Source: Longimicrobiales bacterium (lineage in GTDB: Bacteria > Gemmatimonadota > Gemmatimonadetes > Longimicrobiales > Gaopeijiaceae). Taken from it: a DNA stretch of 64,000 nt. Of this stretch, positions 30,245 to 39,705 are shown piece after piece. The notes beneath the pieces are model-generated. The model made no database searches and was not told the DNA's origin. It saw only the letters and a list, made by a program, of their open reading frames with translations. Position numbers and translations under genes: made by a program. The stretch covers positions 839,344 to 903,343 of the forward strand of contig OZ251577.1 in NCBI GenBank assembly GCA_965243805.1, written 5' to 3'. Each line of letters starts with the position of its first letter. Positions within the stretch are counted from its first letter, which is position 1.

Positions 30245-31128
30245 CCGCAGGCCACATCCCGAACCGGGGCGTACCCCCGGGCTCGGATCACGCACTGTCC
30301 CTCGTCCGACAGGATCCAGTCCATGTACCCCTTCACGGCCCCTCGGGGCTGGCCTGCCGTGTACATGAACAGGGGACGGGCGACGGCGTAGCTGCCGTCC
30401 TCCGCCGCGCTCACCGTCGGCGCCACGCACGTCTTGCCTTCGGCCTTGGCCAGGCAGGGCATGCGCACGTGTTCCGTGGCGTACGCCAAGCCGCTGTAGC
30501 CGATGGCGCAGGGGGTGTTCTCCACCAAGTCCACCACGTCCTTAGAGCCGTGCATGTCGCGGGAGCCGAGCTTGAAGTCCCCCTCTCCCAGCACGGCTTC
30601 GCGGAAGTACACGTAGGTGCCCGAGTTGTTTTGGCGGCTGACCCGCACGATCTCGTCGGAGCTGCAACCCGGAACCGCGACGCCCAGGTCGGACCAGCGC
30701 TCCGCCGTGCCGCCTTCGCCGTAGACCGACCGGATCTGGGCCAGGGTCAGCTCCTGGATCGGGTTGTCCTCGTGGAGGTAGACGGCCAGCGCGTCGTGAC
30801 CGACCACGAACTCGACGGCCTCCACGCCGTTCTTCCGCGCCGCGTCCCGCTCCGAGTCCCGCATCCGGCGAGACGAGTTGGCGATGTCCACGGTGCCGTT
30901 GATCATGGCGGAGATGCCCGTGCCCGATCCGCCGCCCGTGACCGACACAGCCACGTCGGGGGCGACCGACTTGTACGTCTCCGCCCACGCCTGGGCCACG
31001 TTCAGCAGGGTGTCGGAGCCCTTGTTCTGAATGACCGCGCGCTGCGGACGATCGGAGCCGACGCAGGCCAGGATCGCCACGGCGGCTATGGGAGCGATGC
31101 GCTTCATTAGGGGAGCGATGCGCTTCAT
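30241..31128 (-). CDS. pstS: Phosphate-binding lipoprotein PstS (about 295 aa; alternative start 21 nt downstream)
   Basis: The lipobox is AILAC and the phosphate-binding motifs are ...TGGGSGTG... and ...SRR.... The start region is tandemly duplicated (MKRIAPL MKRIAPI). Confidence 0.8.
   Translation of the reverse strand: MKRIAPLMKRIAPIAAVAILACVGSDRPQRAVIQNKGSDTLLNVAQAWAETYKSVAPDVAVSVTGGGSGTGISAMINGTVDIANSSRRMRDSERDAARKNGVEAVEFVVGHDALAVYLHEDNPIQELTLAQIRSVYGEGGTAERWSDLGVAVPGCSSDEIVRVSRQNNSGTYVYFREAVLGEGDFKLGSRDMHGSKDVVDLVENTPCAIGYSGLAYATEHVRMPCLAKAEGKTCVAPTVSAAEDGSYAVARPLFMYTAGQPRGAVKGYMDWILSDEGQCVIRARGYAPVRDVACG
31090..31128. repeat. Tandem duplication, 2 copies of gggagcgatgcgcttcat (period 21), spanning the pstS start codon and creating two in-frame ATGs
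   Basis: Seen directly in the sequence. Confidence 0.8.
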
Positions 31129-31255
31129 CTTGTGGTCTCGGGGAAGTCGGGAGCGTGCGGGATGGATGGAACTGCCGGGAAGGCTATCCGCCGCGTGTCA
31201 CGGTGCGGTAACCGAAAGGCAACGATGCCGTTCGTGCCGCCGACGCCGAGCCGAT

Positions 31256-31320
31256 CCGCGAACGCCAAACCCGCGAACGCCAAACCATTCTCGCCGACGC
31301 CAACCCTTCTTCGCCGACGC
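31256..31320. promoter_or_regulatory. Direct-repeat cluster upstream of pstS (2 copies of ccgcgaacgccaaac, then tcgccgacgc repeated at 20-bp spacing). It may be a Pho-box-like regulatory array.
   Basis: The repeats are read from the sequence. The Pho-regulon interpretation is inference. Confidence 0.35.
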
Positions 31321-31321
31321 G

Positions 31322-32680
31322 CTACGCCGGAAGCAGCTTCTCGCGGTCTTCAGGGAGTTGGCCCTCGATCGCCTCCCCTGCGGCCGCTGGCCGGCCTTCG
31401 CCGTCGTCGGTCGGCCCGGCCCCAACGGCCCGTCTCAGGACCTCCTCGATGTCCAGTCCCAGCACCGACGCCAACCCCTGCATCGTGCCGTAGGCACCGC
31501 GGACGCGCTGGTTGAGGGCGTTGGACACGCCGTCGCCCTGGCCGCCGTCCATGACCACCACCCGGTCGATGTCCACGCCCTTGACCGCGTCTACCGCCGT
31601 ATCGAGCAGCTCGGGCAGCTTCTCGGCTAAGAAGATCGCGAAGGCGGCGTCGCCTCCGGCCCGCACTTCCCCGTAGAGCCGTCGCAGCACCTCCACCTGG
31701 GCCTTGCCGCGCTCCAGGATCGGCGCCGCCTCGGCTTCGGCGCGCGCGAAGGCGGCCTCCTTTTCGGCCTTGGCCGGCTCCACCACGTCGGCCCGCAGCC
31801 GCTGCTCCTCGCGCTCGACCCTCTTCTCCTCCAGGACCTTCTCGGCCTCCACTTCGGCCTCCATGGCACGCACTCGGGCGATCTTCTCGGCGGTCACGCC
31901 CTCCTGGTCCAGCTCGGCTTGGCGCACCCGCAGCGCGTTGCGCGCCTCCGAAACCTTGATCGACGCGCCCGCCTCCCGCACCTCGGCCCGCTGACGGGCT
32001 TCGGCTTGGGCTTCCCGGGTGTCGGCCTCGGCCTGCGCTTCGGCGATCTCGGCGTGGCGGATCGCTTCGGCCGACTTCTTGCGCCCGATCGCCTCCAGGT
32101 AGCCCCGCTCGTCGCTCACGTTCTGGATCTTCAGCACGTCCAGGTGGAAACCCAGCGAGGCCAAGTCTTCTCCCGCGTCCTCCGAGAGCGCCTTGGCGAA
32201 GCCCAGCCGGTCCTCGTTGACGGCTTCCGGCGTCATGGTGGCCAGAACGCCCCGCAAGTTCCCCGTCAGCGTGTCCTGGGCCAGGAGACGGACCTCCTCC
32301 TCCGACTTCCCCAGCAGGCGCTCGACGGCGTTGTTGAAGACCCATTCGGGCTCGGAGGCGACCTTCACGTTGGCGATCGCCTCCACGTTCAGGGGGATGT
32401 TCCCCTTGGAGAAGGCGTTCTTGACCAGCACTTCGATGGGGATCGTCTCCAGGTTGACGTGCTGGACCGTCTCGATGATCGGGACGCGGAGCGTTCGCCC
32501 TCCGCTGATGGAGCGGTAGCCGACGGCTTGGCCGTCCTTGAGCTTGCGCTTTCGGCCTGTGAGGACGGCTGCTCGGTTCGGCGGCACGATGACGATCAGC
32601 GTCTTGATGGTGGTGATCAGCACGACGACCACGAAGAGGACGATGGCGGCGACGACGGCCGCGGGAATCAACGATTCCAT
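31322..32680 (-). CDS. SPFH / band-7 flotillin-family protein (YqiK-like), 452 aa
   Basis: There is an N-terminal TM helix, an SPFH domain, and a long Glu/Ala-rich coiled coil (EAQAEADTREAQAEARQRAEVREA...). Confidence 0.75.
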   Translation of the reverse strand: MESLIPAAVVAAIVLFVVVVLITTIKTLIVIVPPNRAAVLTGRKRKLKDGQAVGYRSISGGRTLRVPIIETVQHVNLETIPIEVLVKNAFSKGNIPLNVEAIANVKVASEPEWVFNNAVERLLGKSEEEVRLLAQDTLTGNLRGVLATMTPEAVNEDRLGFAKALSEDAGEDLASLGFHLDVLKIQNVSDERGYLEAIGRKKSAEAIRHAEIAEAQAEADTREAQAEARQRAEVREAGASIKVSEARNALRVRQAELDQEGVTAEKIARVRAMEAEVEAEKVLEEKRVEREEQRLRADVVEPAKAEKEAAFARAEAEAAPILERGKAQVEVLRRLYGEVRAGGDAAFAIFLAEKLPELLDTAVDAVKGVDIDRVVVMDGGQGDGVSNALNQRVRGAYGTMQGLASVLGLDIEEVLRRAVGAGPTDDGEGRPAAAGEAIEGQLPEDREKLLPA

Positions 32681-32732
32681 TTCTTGGCGGACCTCTCTCT
32701 TGTTTGGGGACTGGCTCGGTTGGGGTTGAGGT

Positions 32733-33302
32733 TCAGTCTTCCAGCAGCTTCACATCCACGGGCGCGACGGCAGCCACGCCGCCGTTCATCTCCACGACGA
32801 CGACCTGCCGCCCCTCCGCCAGCGGCTCGGAGCCTGCGTACGCATCATTTACGCGGGCGCGTATGCGAAACCTTCTGTCGCCGCGCTCCACCCGCACGAA
32901 TCCGGGGCTACCCGGCCCCACTTCCAGGGTGACCTTCCCCGTGAGCCCCACGAGCGACTCGCCCCCGGCGATGACGCCCGCCTCCGAGCGTCGCAGGTAG
33001 CCGAACGCCGCGCTGACGATGGCGGCCGCCGCCAAGCCCGTCGCACCGGCGGCCAGAGCGGTCGTGCCGGTCCTGCTCCCGTCCCAGAGGAGATGGAGAG
33101 CGGTGCCTGCGGCCCCGAAGCCGAAGACGGCGTAGACCGCGGTGCGCAGCGAAAGGATCGCCGAAGCGTCGCCGCCGAAGGAGCCGCCGTCCGCGTCGAC
33201 CTCGGCGGAGACGTCCACGTCGCCGTCCAGGAAGTCGCCGAAGAGGGAGAGGCCCAGAAGGACGCCTCCCACGGCGAGAGATGCGAGATAGGCGGTCAGC
33301 AC
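32733..33302 (-). CDS. NfeD-like membrane protein (YqiJ-like partner of flotillin), 189 aa
   Basis: A GTG start gives TM helices plus a C-terminal OB-fold-like beta domain (...GKVTLEVGPGSPGFVRVERGDRRFRIRAR...). It sits immediately upstream of the flotillin gene. Confidence 0.55.
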   Translation of the reverse strand: MLTAYLASLAVGGVLLGLSLFGDFLDGDVDVSAEVDADGGSFGGDASAILSLRTAVYAVFGFGAAGTALHLLWDGSRTGTTALAAGATGLAAAAIVSAAFGYLRRSEAGVIAGGESLVGLTGKVTLEVGPGSPGFVRVERGDRRFRIRARVNDAYAGSEPLAEGRQVVVVEMNGGVAAVAPVDVKLLED

Positions 33303-33429
33303 CTGCGCCTCGTCGTTTGGTTTTCGGACCCCGTGCCAAGCCGGCACCGGGAACGTACGTTCGCCTCTACGTCGGCAACAGGAAGCACCTTCAGAGAGTT
33401 CGCCGGCTCCTTCCCCCCAAGAAGGTCTC

Positions 33430-33463
33430 CCTTCCCTAGGAGGTCCGCCTTCCCCAGGAGGTC
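33430..33463. repeat. Tandem duplication, 2 copies of ccttccc(t/c)aggaggtc (period 18), duplicating the Shine-Dalgarno of the PQQ-dehydrogenase gene
   Basis: Seen directly in the sequence. Confidence 0.8.
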
Positions 33464-33464
33464 T

Positions 33465-35456
33465 GTGTTGACTGGCCGAACCAACCGCCCGTTCCACACC
33501 GTTGCGCTGGCGTCGGTGTTCGTCGCCGCTTGCCTGCCGCCCTCCGCCGCCGCCTCGGCCCAGCGGGGCACCGAGGCCGGAGAGTGGCGGCACTACGGGG
33601 GCGGACCGGGGAACACGCGCTACTCGCCGCTGGACCAGATCGACCGCACCAACGCCGGCTCGATGGAGGTGGCGTGGCGCTGGCAGGCGGCCAACTTCGG
33701 TCCGGCGCCCGAGTTCAACTACCGGACGACCCCCATCATGGTGGACGGGGTGCTCTACGCCACGGCGGGCTACCGGCGGACGGTGGCCGCGATCGACGCT
33801 GGCACCGGCGAGACCCTTTGGACCTACCGGCTGGACGAGGGAGACCGATCGGCGCCTCGACGCAACTCGGGCCGTGGGGTGGCGTACTGGGAGCCGCCGG
33901 AGGGCGCGGGCGGCCCTCGCATCTTCTTCGTAACGCCGGGGTTCCGACTGGTGGCACTGGACGCGGGAAGCGGGAGACCAGTGCAGGAGTTCGGCGACGG
34001 CGGGATCGTGGAGTTGCGGCGGGAGCTGGGACGGGAGGTCGATCTGGAAGGCGCGCCGATCGGCTCCAGCTCGCCGCCGGTGGTGGTGGAGAACGTGGTG
34101 GTGGTCGGGTCCGCGCTGCCGTCGGGGGGCGCGCCGCCCTCGCCCGAGATGCCCCCGGGTCACGTCCGAGGGTACGACGCCCTCACCGGCGAGCGCCTGT
34201 GGACCTTCCACACCATCCCCCAGCCCGGCGAGTTCGGGCACGAGACGTGGGAGGACGGCTCCTGGGAGTACACGGGCAACGCCGCCGTTTGGACGGCGAT
34301 CAGCGCGGACCCGGACCTGGGGCTGGTCTACCTGCCGGTGGAAGCCGGCACCGGCGACTACTACGGCGGCCATCGCCTCGGCGACAACCTCTTCTCCCAG
34401 AGCCTGGTGGCCGTGCACGCGACGACCGGCGAGCGCGCTTGGCACTTCCAGACCGTGCACCACGGGATATGGGACTACGACCCGCCAGCGGCGCCGGTGC
34501 TGGCCGACTTGGTTGTGGACGGGCGACCTGTCCCCGCGGTGGCCCAGATCACCAAGCAGACGTTCACCTTCGTGCTGGATCGGCGGACCGGCGAGCCGGT
34601 GTGGCCCGTCGAGGAGCGTCCCGTCCCCCAGACCGACGTGCCGGGCGAACGCACATCGCCCACCCAGCCCTTCCCCACCAAGCCCCCGCCCTTCGACCGG
34701 CAAGGCGTGGACCCGGCCGATCTGATCGACTTCACGCCCGAGCTGCGGGCCGAAGCGGAAGCGATCTTGGCGCAGCTGCGGTGGGGTCCGCTGTACACGC
34801 CCCCGTCGGTGGCGGTGGAGGGGGGCACGCAAGGCACACTCATGGTGCCCGGCTCTCTGGGCGGCGCCAACTGGCCCGGCGCGGCGTGGGACCCCGAGTC
34901 CGGTCGGCTCTTCGTGCAGTCTGCCACCCACCCCAGCGTGATCGCCCTGGAGCAGGACCCGGAACGGTCCTCCATGAACTTCGTGCGCGGCGGGGGACTG
35001 CGGCTTCGGCGCGGGGGCGGTCCCCAGGGGTTGCCGCTCTTCAAGCCGCCGTGGGGACGGATTACGGCGCTCGACCTGAACGCCGGCGAGATCGCGTGGC
35101 AGGTCCCCAACGGCGACGCGCCCGACTACGTGAAGGAGCACCCGGCCTTGGAGGGGGTGGAGGTGGGAAGGACCGGAAGGCAGGATCGGGGCGGCCTTCT
35201 GGTCACCCGGACGCTGCTCTTCGCGGGCGAGGGCGGCGGGATGTACGCGGCCCAGGGGTCGGGCGGCAGGATGTTGCGGGCTCACGACAAGTCCACCGGC
35301 GCGATCGTGGCGGAGATCGAGCTGCCCGCCAACCAGACGGGCCTGCCCATGACCTACATGCACGAAGGGCGGCAGTTCGTGGTGGTGGCGGTGGGCGCGC
35401 GCCGGCACCCAGGGGAGCTGGTTGCGCTGGCGCTGCCGGAGGGAGGCGGGCGTTGA
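33465..35456 (+). CDS. PQQ-dependent quinoprotein dehydrogenase (sugar/alcohol dehydrogenase family), secreted, 663 aa
   Basis: A GTG start follows AGGAGG. There is a signal peptide and eight-bladed propeller W-motifs (...RLWTFHT..., ...AWHFQTVHHGIWDYD...), characteristic of PQQ dehydrogenases. Confidence 0.75.
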   Translation: MLTGRTNRPFHTVALASVFVAACLPPSAAASAQRGTEAGEWRHYGGGPGNTRYSPLDQIDRTNAGSMEVAWRWQAANFGPAPEFNYRTTPIMVDGVLYATAGYRRTVAAIDAGTGETLWTYRLDEGDRSAPRRNSGRGVAYWEPPEGAGGPRIFFVTPGFRLVALDAGSGRPVQEFGDGGIVELRRELGREVDLEGAPIGSSSPPVVVENVVVVGSALPSGGAPPSPEMPPGHVRGYDALTGERLWTFHTIPQPGEFGHETWEDGSWEYTGNAAVWTAISADPDLGLVYLPVEAGTGDYYGGHRLGDNLFSQSLVAVHATTGERAWHFQTVHHGIWDYDPPAAPVLADLVVDGRPVPAVAQITKQTFTFVLDRRTGEPVWPVEERPVPQTDVPGERTSPTQPFPTKPPPFDRQGVDPADLIDFTPELRAEAEAILAQLRWGPLYTPPSVAVEGGTQGTLMVPGSLGGANWPGAAWDPESGRLFVQSATHPSVIALEQDPERSSMNFVRGGGLRLRRGGGPQGLPLFKPPWGRITALDLNAGEIAWQVPNGDAPDYVKEHPALEGVEVGRTGRQDRGGLLVTRTLLFAGEGGGMYAAQGSGGRMLRAHDKSTGAIVAEIELPANQTGLPMTYMHEGRQFVVVAVGARRHPGELVALALPEGGGR

Positions 35457-35644
35457 ACCCCATGGGCTGGTGCACCAAGCTGAGGGCTTGTTGCTGGCCG
35501 ATCTGCCTAGCTGTTCTTGGGTTTGCGTCGGGTGCGTGTGCGCCGGACGGCCAGCGGTGGACCTGGGTCAAGGACACGGCCTTCCAGATCACGTAGGGGG
35601 CCTTGCCCCCGCGCCCCCTGACGGCCACATTCCCTCGCACAACT

Positions 35645-35818
35645 GAAACGGCCGGAGGGGCTCACGGAAGCCGGTGCGAACCCGGCGCGGCCCCGCCACT
35701 GTGACGAGGTCCGGGACGAGCTTCCCGGAACGTCCGCTCCACCATGCCACTGGAACCCTGTCGGGCCGGGTTCTGGGAAGGCGAGTGGGACGGCCTCGCT
35801 AGCCAGGAGACGTGCTCC
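35645..35818 (+). promoter_or_regulatory. Cobalamin (AdoCbl) riboswitch in the 5' leader of the TonB-dependent receptor gene
   Basis: The leader contains GGAAGCCGGTGCGAACCCGGCGCGGCCCCGCCACTGTGACG, which matches the conserved core and B12 box (GCCACTG). The downstream AGCCAGGAGACGTGC matches the 3' conserved element. Confidence 0.65.
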
Positions 35819-35926
35819 TTCGGCACCCACGTCAACGCCTCCGCGGGGAGGCGAGGGTGCTCGTGAACCAGCGCAACGCGGTGCTGGCATGTCCCTCTTC
35901 TTCCGCACGGGGGAAAGGAGAGAGGC

Positions 35927-37972
35927 ATGATGAAGTTCTGCGTCACGCGAGTCCCTTCCCCGGCGGCCCTTCTGGTCGCCCTTCCGCTCGTTCTCGTTCC
36001 GCCGGCCGTCTCCCAAGAGCAGCCTGTGCCGCTTGAGGGGCTGGTGGTCACCGCTTCGAGGGGGCCGGCGCCGGCGTGGACTGTCGCGTCCCACACCACC
36101 GTGCTGGAAGGCGAGGCGCTGGAGCGGGCGGGCATCGAGTACGTGGCCGACGCGCTCCGGCAGCTTCCCGGCGTAGCGGTGGTGCGCAACGGATCGTTCG
36201 GGGCGACCACCTCCGTCTTCCTGCGGGGCGGCGAATCGGACTACGTGCAGGTTCTGGTGGACGGCGTGCCCGCCAACGAGCCGGGAGGCCGCTTCGACTT
36301 CGGGTCGATCAGCACCGACAACGTGGAGCGGATCGAGGTGGTGCGGGGACCGGCGTCCGCGCTGTACGGCTCCGACGCCGTGAGCGGAGTCGTCCACATC
36401 CTGACCCGACGGGGCCAGGGGCAGCCGGCCGCCCACCTTTCCTGGCGAGCCGGGAGCTTCGGCACGCGACAGTGGGAAGGGGCGGTCTCCGGCGGCTCCA
36501 GACTCCTCTCCTACGCCTTTTCGCTGGGACGCAACGACTCCGACGGTATTCTGGAGTTCAACAACGGCCATCGGGCGACCACAGCTAGTGGGCGCGTCCA
36601 TGTCCAGCCGGATTTACGCACCGACGCGGCACTCTCGGTCCGCTACGAGGACCGGCGCTTCCACTTCCCCACCGACGGCTCCGGCGCTCTGGTGGACCGG
36701 AACGCCTTCACCTTCGGTGACGCGCTGGCGGTGGCGGTCGACGCCGGGCGGCGCTGGACGGACGCTTTCGAGACGCGAGTGGCCGTGACCGTACACGAAT
36801 CCGACGGAGGAACCGACGACGGACCCGACGGACCCGCGGACACGCTGGGGTTCTTCGGCTTCCAGAGCCTGGGCGACGTTCGCCGGGCGACCGCAGACGC
36901 CCGCGCCACATGGCGGTTCGAGGGCGAGTCCACGCTGGCTGTGGGAGTGGAGGTGGAGCGCCAGTCGATCCGGGATTTCAGCAAGTCGCTGTCCCAGTTC
37001 GGGAGCAGCCCCAGCCGGTCGGAGAACGAGCGGTCGAACCGAGCGGCCTATGCCCAGGTCTTGGCCGTGCTGGGCGGACCTTCTGGCGGCAGTGCGGCCG
37101 GGGAGTTGGCGCTGAACGGGGGCGGGGAGCTGGCGCTGAACGGGGGCGTGCGGCTGGAGGACAACGAGCGCTTCGGGACGGCGGCAACGTGGCGGGGCGG
37201 TGCGGCTTGGCGGACCCCCCTGCGAGGGACTCGGCTGCGGGTCTCGGTTGGCACCGGGATCAAGGAGCCCACCTTCTTCGAGTCCTTTGCCTCGGGTTTC
37301 GCAAGGGGTAATCCAGAGTTGGAGCCGGAGCGCTCGACGGGCTTCGAGGCCGGTGTGGATCAGGATATGGCAGGCGGGGCGGTCCGGCTCTCGCTGACCG
37401 GGTACTCCCAGAGCTACCGCAACCTGATCCAGTACACCTTCTCGCCGCCGGTGGCAGGCGGTCCCAACTACCACAACGTGGCCAAGGCGCGGAGCCGCGG
37501 CGTGGAGGCCGAGGCGACGGCTGCGGCGGGCCCGGTGCGGCTGTCGGCCTCGTACGCGTGGGTGGACACGGAGGTGCAGGACGCCGGCTTCGACGAGGGA
37601 CCAGGGGCGTCGTTCGTGGAGGGACAGCCGCTGCTTCGGCGCCCGAAGCACACTGTGACGGCCAGTGCTTTCGTCCCGGTCGGCGAGCGCGTCGGCTTGG
37701 ACTTGGCGGCTCGGCGAGTCGGCGAGCGGGAGGACCGGGACTTCGGGACGTGGCCCGCGACCCCGGTGGTGCTGGCCCCCTACACCGTGGTGGACGCGGC
37801 GGTCCATGCTCGGCTGTTCGGGGGCGACGGCCGGCCCGCGCTGGACCTGATCGTCCGCGCCGAGAACGTGCTGGGCGCCGACTACCAGGAGGTGCACGGC
37901 TTCGCTGCACCCGGGCGCGGCGTGTACGTCGGCGGGAAGGTGTCGGTGGGCGGCAGCGGCGGCGAGCGGTAG
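35927..37972 (+). CDS. btuB: TonB-dependent outer-membrane receptor, BtuB-like (cobalamin/corrinoid uptake inferred from the riboswitch), 681 aa
   Basis: It has a signal peptide, a TonB box region, a plug (...RIEVVRGPASALYGSDAVSGVVHILTRRG) and a barrel. A strong SD (ggaaaggagagagg) precedes the ATG. Confidence 0.75.
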   Translation: MMKFCVTRVPSPAALLVALPLVLVPPAVSQEQPVPLEGLVVTASRGPAPAWTVASHTTVLEGEALERAGIEYVADALRQLPGVAVVRNGSFGATTSVFLRGGESDYVQVLVDGVPANEPGGRFDFGSISTDNVERIEVVRGPASALYGSDAVSGVVHILTRRGQGQPAAHLSWRAGSFGTRQWEGAVSGGSRLLSYAFSLGRNDSDGILEFNNGHRATTASGRVHVQPDLRTDAALSVRYEDRRFHFPTDGSGALVDRNAFTFGDALAVAVDAGRRWTDAFETRVAVTVHESDGGTDDGPDGPADTLGFFGFQSLGDVRRATADARATWRFEGESTLAVGVEVERQSIRDFSKSLSQFGSSPSRSENERSNRAAYAQVLAVLGGPSGGSAAGELALNGGGELALNGGVRLEDNERFGTAATWRGGAAWRTPLRGTRLRVSVGTGIKEPTFFESFASGFARGNPELEPERSTGFEAGVDQDMAGGAVRLSLTGYSQSYRNLIQYTFSPPVAGGPNYHNVAKARSRGVEAEATAAAGPVRLSASYAWVDTEVQDAGFDEGPGASFVEGQPLLRRPKHTVTASAFVPVGERVGLDLAARRVGEREDRDFGTWPATPVVLAPYTVVDAAVHARLFGGDGRPALDLIVRAENVLGADYQEVHGFAAPGRGVYVGGKVSVGGSGGER

Positions 37973-38029
37973 GCTCGGTCCGGGCGGGGTCGACGAGCCC
38001 GGTCGGGCGGATGGTGAGCCCGGCCGGGC

Positions 38030-39568
38030 TCAGCCCACCCACCCCATCAGCACGGCCAAGCTCACCGCGCTCAGCCCCGTGAAGACCGCGATGCTGATCA
38101 CGGTGAACACGCGGGCGAACGGCGACGGGTAGAAGGCGCGGTCGCTCTTGGGGATCGCCTTCAGGCAGTAGTGGAAGTTGAGGCAGAAGATCACCGGCGC
38201 CACGAAGGTGGCCAGCGCGGACGCCAGCAGCACCAGGAAGACGGGCCGGGGCACGGCGGCGACGAACACGACGGCGGCGACCAGCGAGTACAGCATCGTC
38301 ATCCGGTAGATGTTGTACTCCGAGTACCACCTGCCGCGGTGCTCGGCGCCGATCCGATCCCTCGAAGTGCCTCGCAGCGCCGCAGTCGGGCGAAAGAGGT
38401 TGCGGGCGCAAGCGCCCACGATTCGCGGCCAACCGTCGAAGTAGTTGAAGGCCGTGGAGAAGGTGGCGGCGAAGGCGCCCGTCATGAACACGATCATCAT
38501 CCACGGTCCCACGCTCTCGGTGAAGATGCCGGCGATCTCCCCCATCACGCCCCGTCCCTCGACAGCGCTGGGGTACAGCCACACGGCGGCCAGCAACAGG
38601 AACACGCTGGCGATCACGAACGACACCACATGGCCGATCCGGAAGTCCCAGAGGCCGATCCGGAAGCAGCGCCGGCTGTACTCCGCCGCTCTGTCCGGCA
38701 GTTGGGACGTGTCCACCACCAAGTCCTCAATGCGCGGCGCGAAGGGGTCGAAGGGGGCCGCAAGTCCCGCGCCCTCCAGCCGCCTGCGTATCTTGCTCAT
38801 CCCCGCTCGCTTTGCCCGGCCCCACTCCGACGCCTGCAACGACACGTCCAGTCCGGTGGGGAGCAAGCCGAGCAAGGCGGCGATCACGAGCCACGATCCT
38901 TCGGGGGCACCGAAGACCACGAACCCGGTGAGCTCGCCCAGCGGCGCGGGCCGCACAAGGTAGACAGCCACCGCCGACACGAAGAGAAGCCCGCCCGCCA
39001 CCTTGGCGCCCGTCTCCAGCGCGGCGTACTGGCCGCGGAGCAAGATCATCACCGAACCGACGCCGATCAGCGCCGCCCATCCGGCCAGTGGGACTGGCAG
39101 ACCCAGGGTGGCGGAAAGCAGGTAGTAAAGCACCGCGGCCGCAGCCACCAAGCGTCCCGCCTGCCCAACGGCGCACTGGATCAACGTCGTGACCAGCACG
39201 TACCAGACCGGAAGCTTCTTCCACGCCGTGGCGTAGGCGGCCATCAGACTCTTGCCGGTGGCGTTGGTGAACCGGAACGCCAGCTCGAAGCCGTAGTACT
39301 TGAAGATGTACGCCACGGGAATGCACCACAGGAGCGCATAGCCGAACCGTCCGCCCGCGGCCGGCGCCGTGACCAGGTGGCTGGTGCCGATCCCGGTCAT
39401 CATCAGGATCATCCCGGGGCCGAAGTGGCGGAGCAGGCTGCGTGGCCTCATGTCGGGGACCACCAGGTCGTCGAAGTCGGGCCGGGGGCCGTCCAGATGC
39501 GACGCCGGCCGCGCTTCTTCCGTCGAGTCCGTTGGCACCATCTCTTGTTCTCCCCGGGGGTCAAGCAA
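38030..39568 (-). CDS. Polytopic membrane transporter (about 12 TM helices; possibly NRAMP/MntH-like family). The assignment is weak.
   Basis: The product is a 512-aa hydrophobic protein. I could not see the canonical DPGN motif, so the family call is tentative. Confidence 0.4.
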   Translation of the reverse strand: MLDPRGEQEMVPTDSTEEARPASHLDGPRPDFDDLVVPDMRPRSLLRHFGPGMILMMTGIGTSHLVTAPAAGGRFGYALLWCIPVAYIFKYYGFELAFRFTNATGKSLMAAYATAWKKLPVWYVLVTTLIQCAVGQAGRLVAAAAVLYYLLSATLGLPVPLAGWAALIGVGSVMILLRGQYAALETGAKVAGGLLFVSAVAVYLVRPAPLGELTGFVVFGAPEGSWLVIAALLGLLPTGLDVSLQASEWGRAKRAGMSKIRRRLEGAGLAAPFDPFAPRIEDLVVDTSQLPDRAAEYSRRCFRIGLWDFRIGHVVSFVIASVFLLLAAVWLYPSAVEGRGVMGEIAGIFTESVGPWMMIVFMTGAFAATFSTAFNYFDGWPRIVGACARNLFRPTAALRGTSRDRIGAEHRGRWYSEYNIYRMTMLYSLVAAVVFVAAVPRPVFLVLLASALATFVAPVIFCLNFHYCLKAIPKSDRAFYPSPFARVFTVISIAVFTGLSAVSLAVLMGWVG

Positions 39569-39641
39569 TCAAAAGACGAGCCAGGAGGCCAAGCGTCAAC
39601 ATCGCCCCGCTGGCTTGGGACCGAGGCGGGCACTACTTTCT

Positions 39642-39679
39642 CCGGGTCACGCCCCAGTGTCCCCGGGTCACGCCCCAGC
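39642..39679. repeat. Tandem direct repeat, 2 copies of ccgggtcacgccccag (period 22), in the divergent promoter region between the transporter and peptidase genes
   Basis: Seen directly in the sequence. Confidence 0.8.
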
Positions 39680-39705
39680 GCATTCCCACAAGAAGAGACT
39701 CCGTC

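Noticed and set aside
38030-39568. Confident call of NRAMP/MntH Mn2+ transporter
   Set aside because: The topology fits, but I could not find the canonical DPGN or MPH motifs. It is reported only as a tentative membrane transporter.
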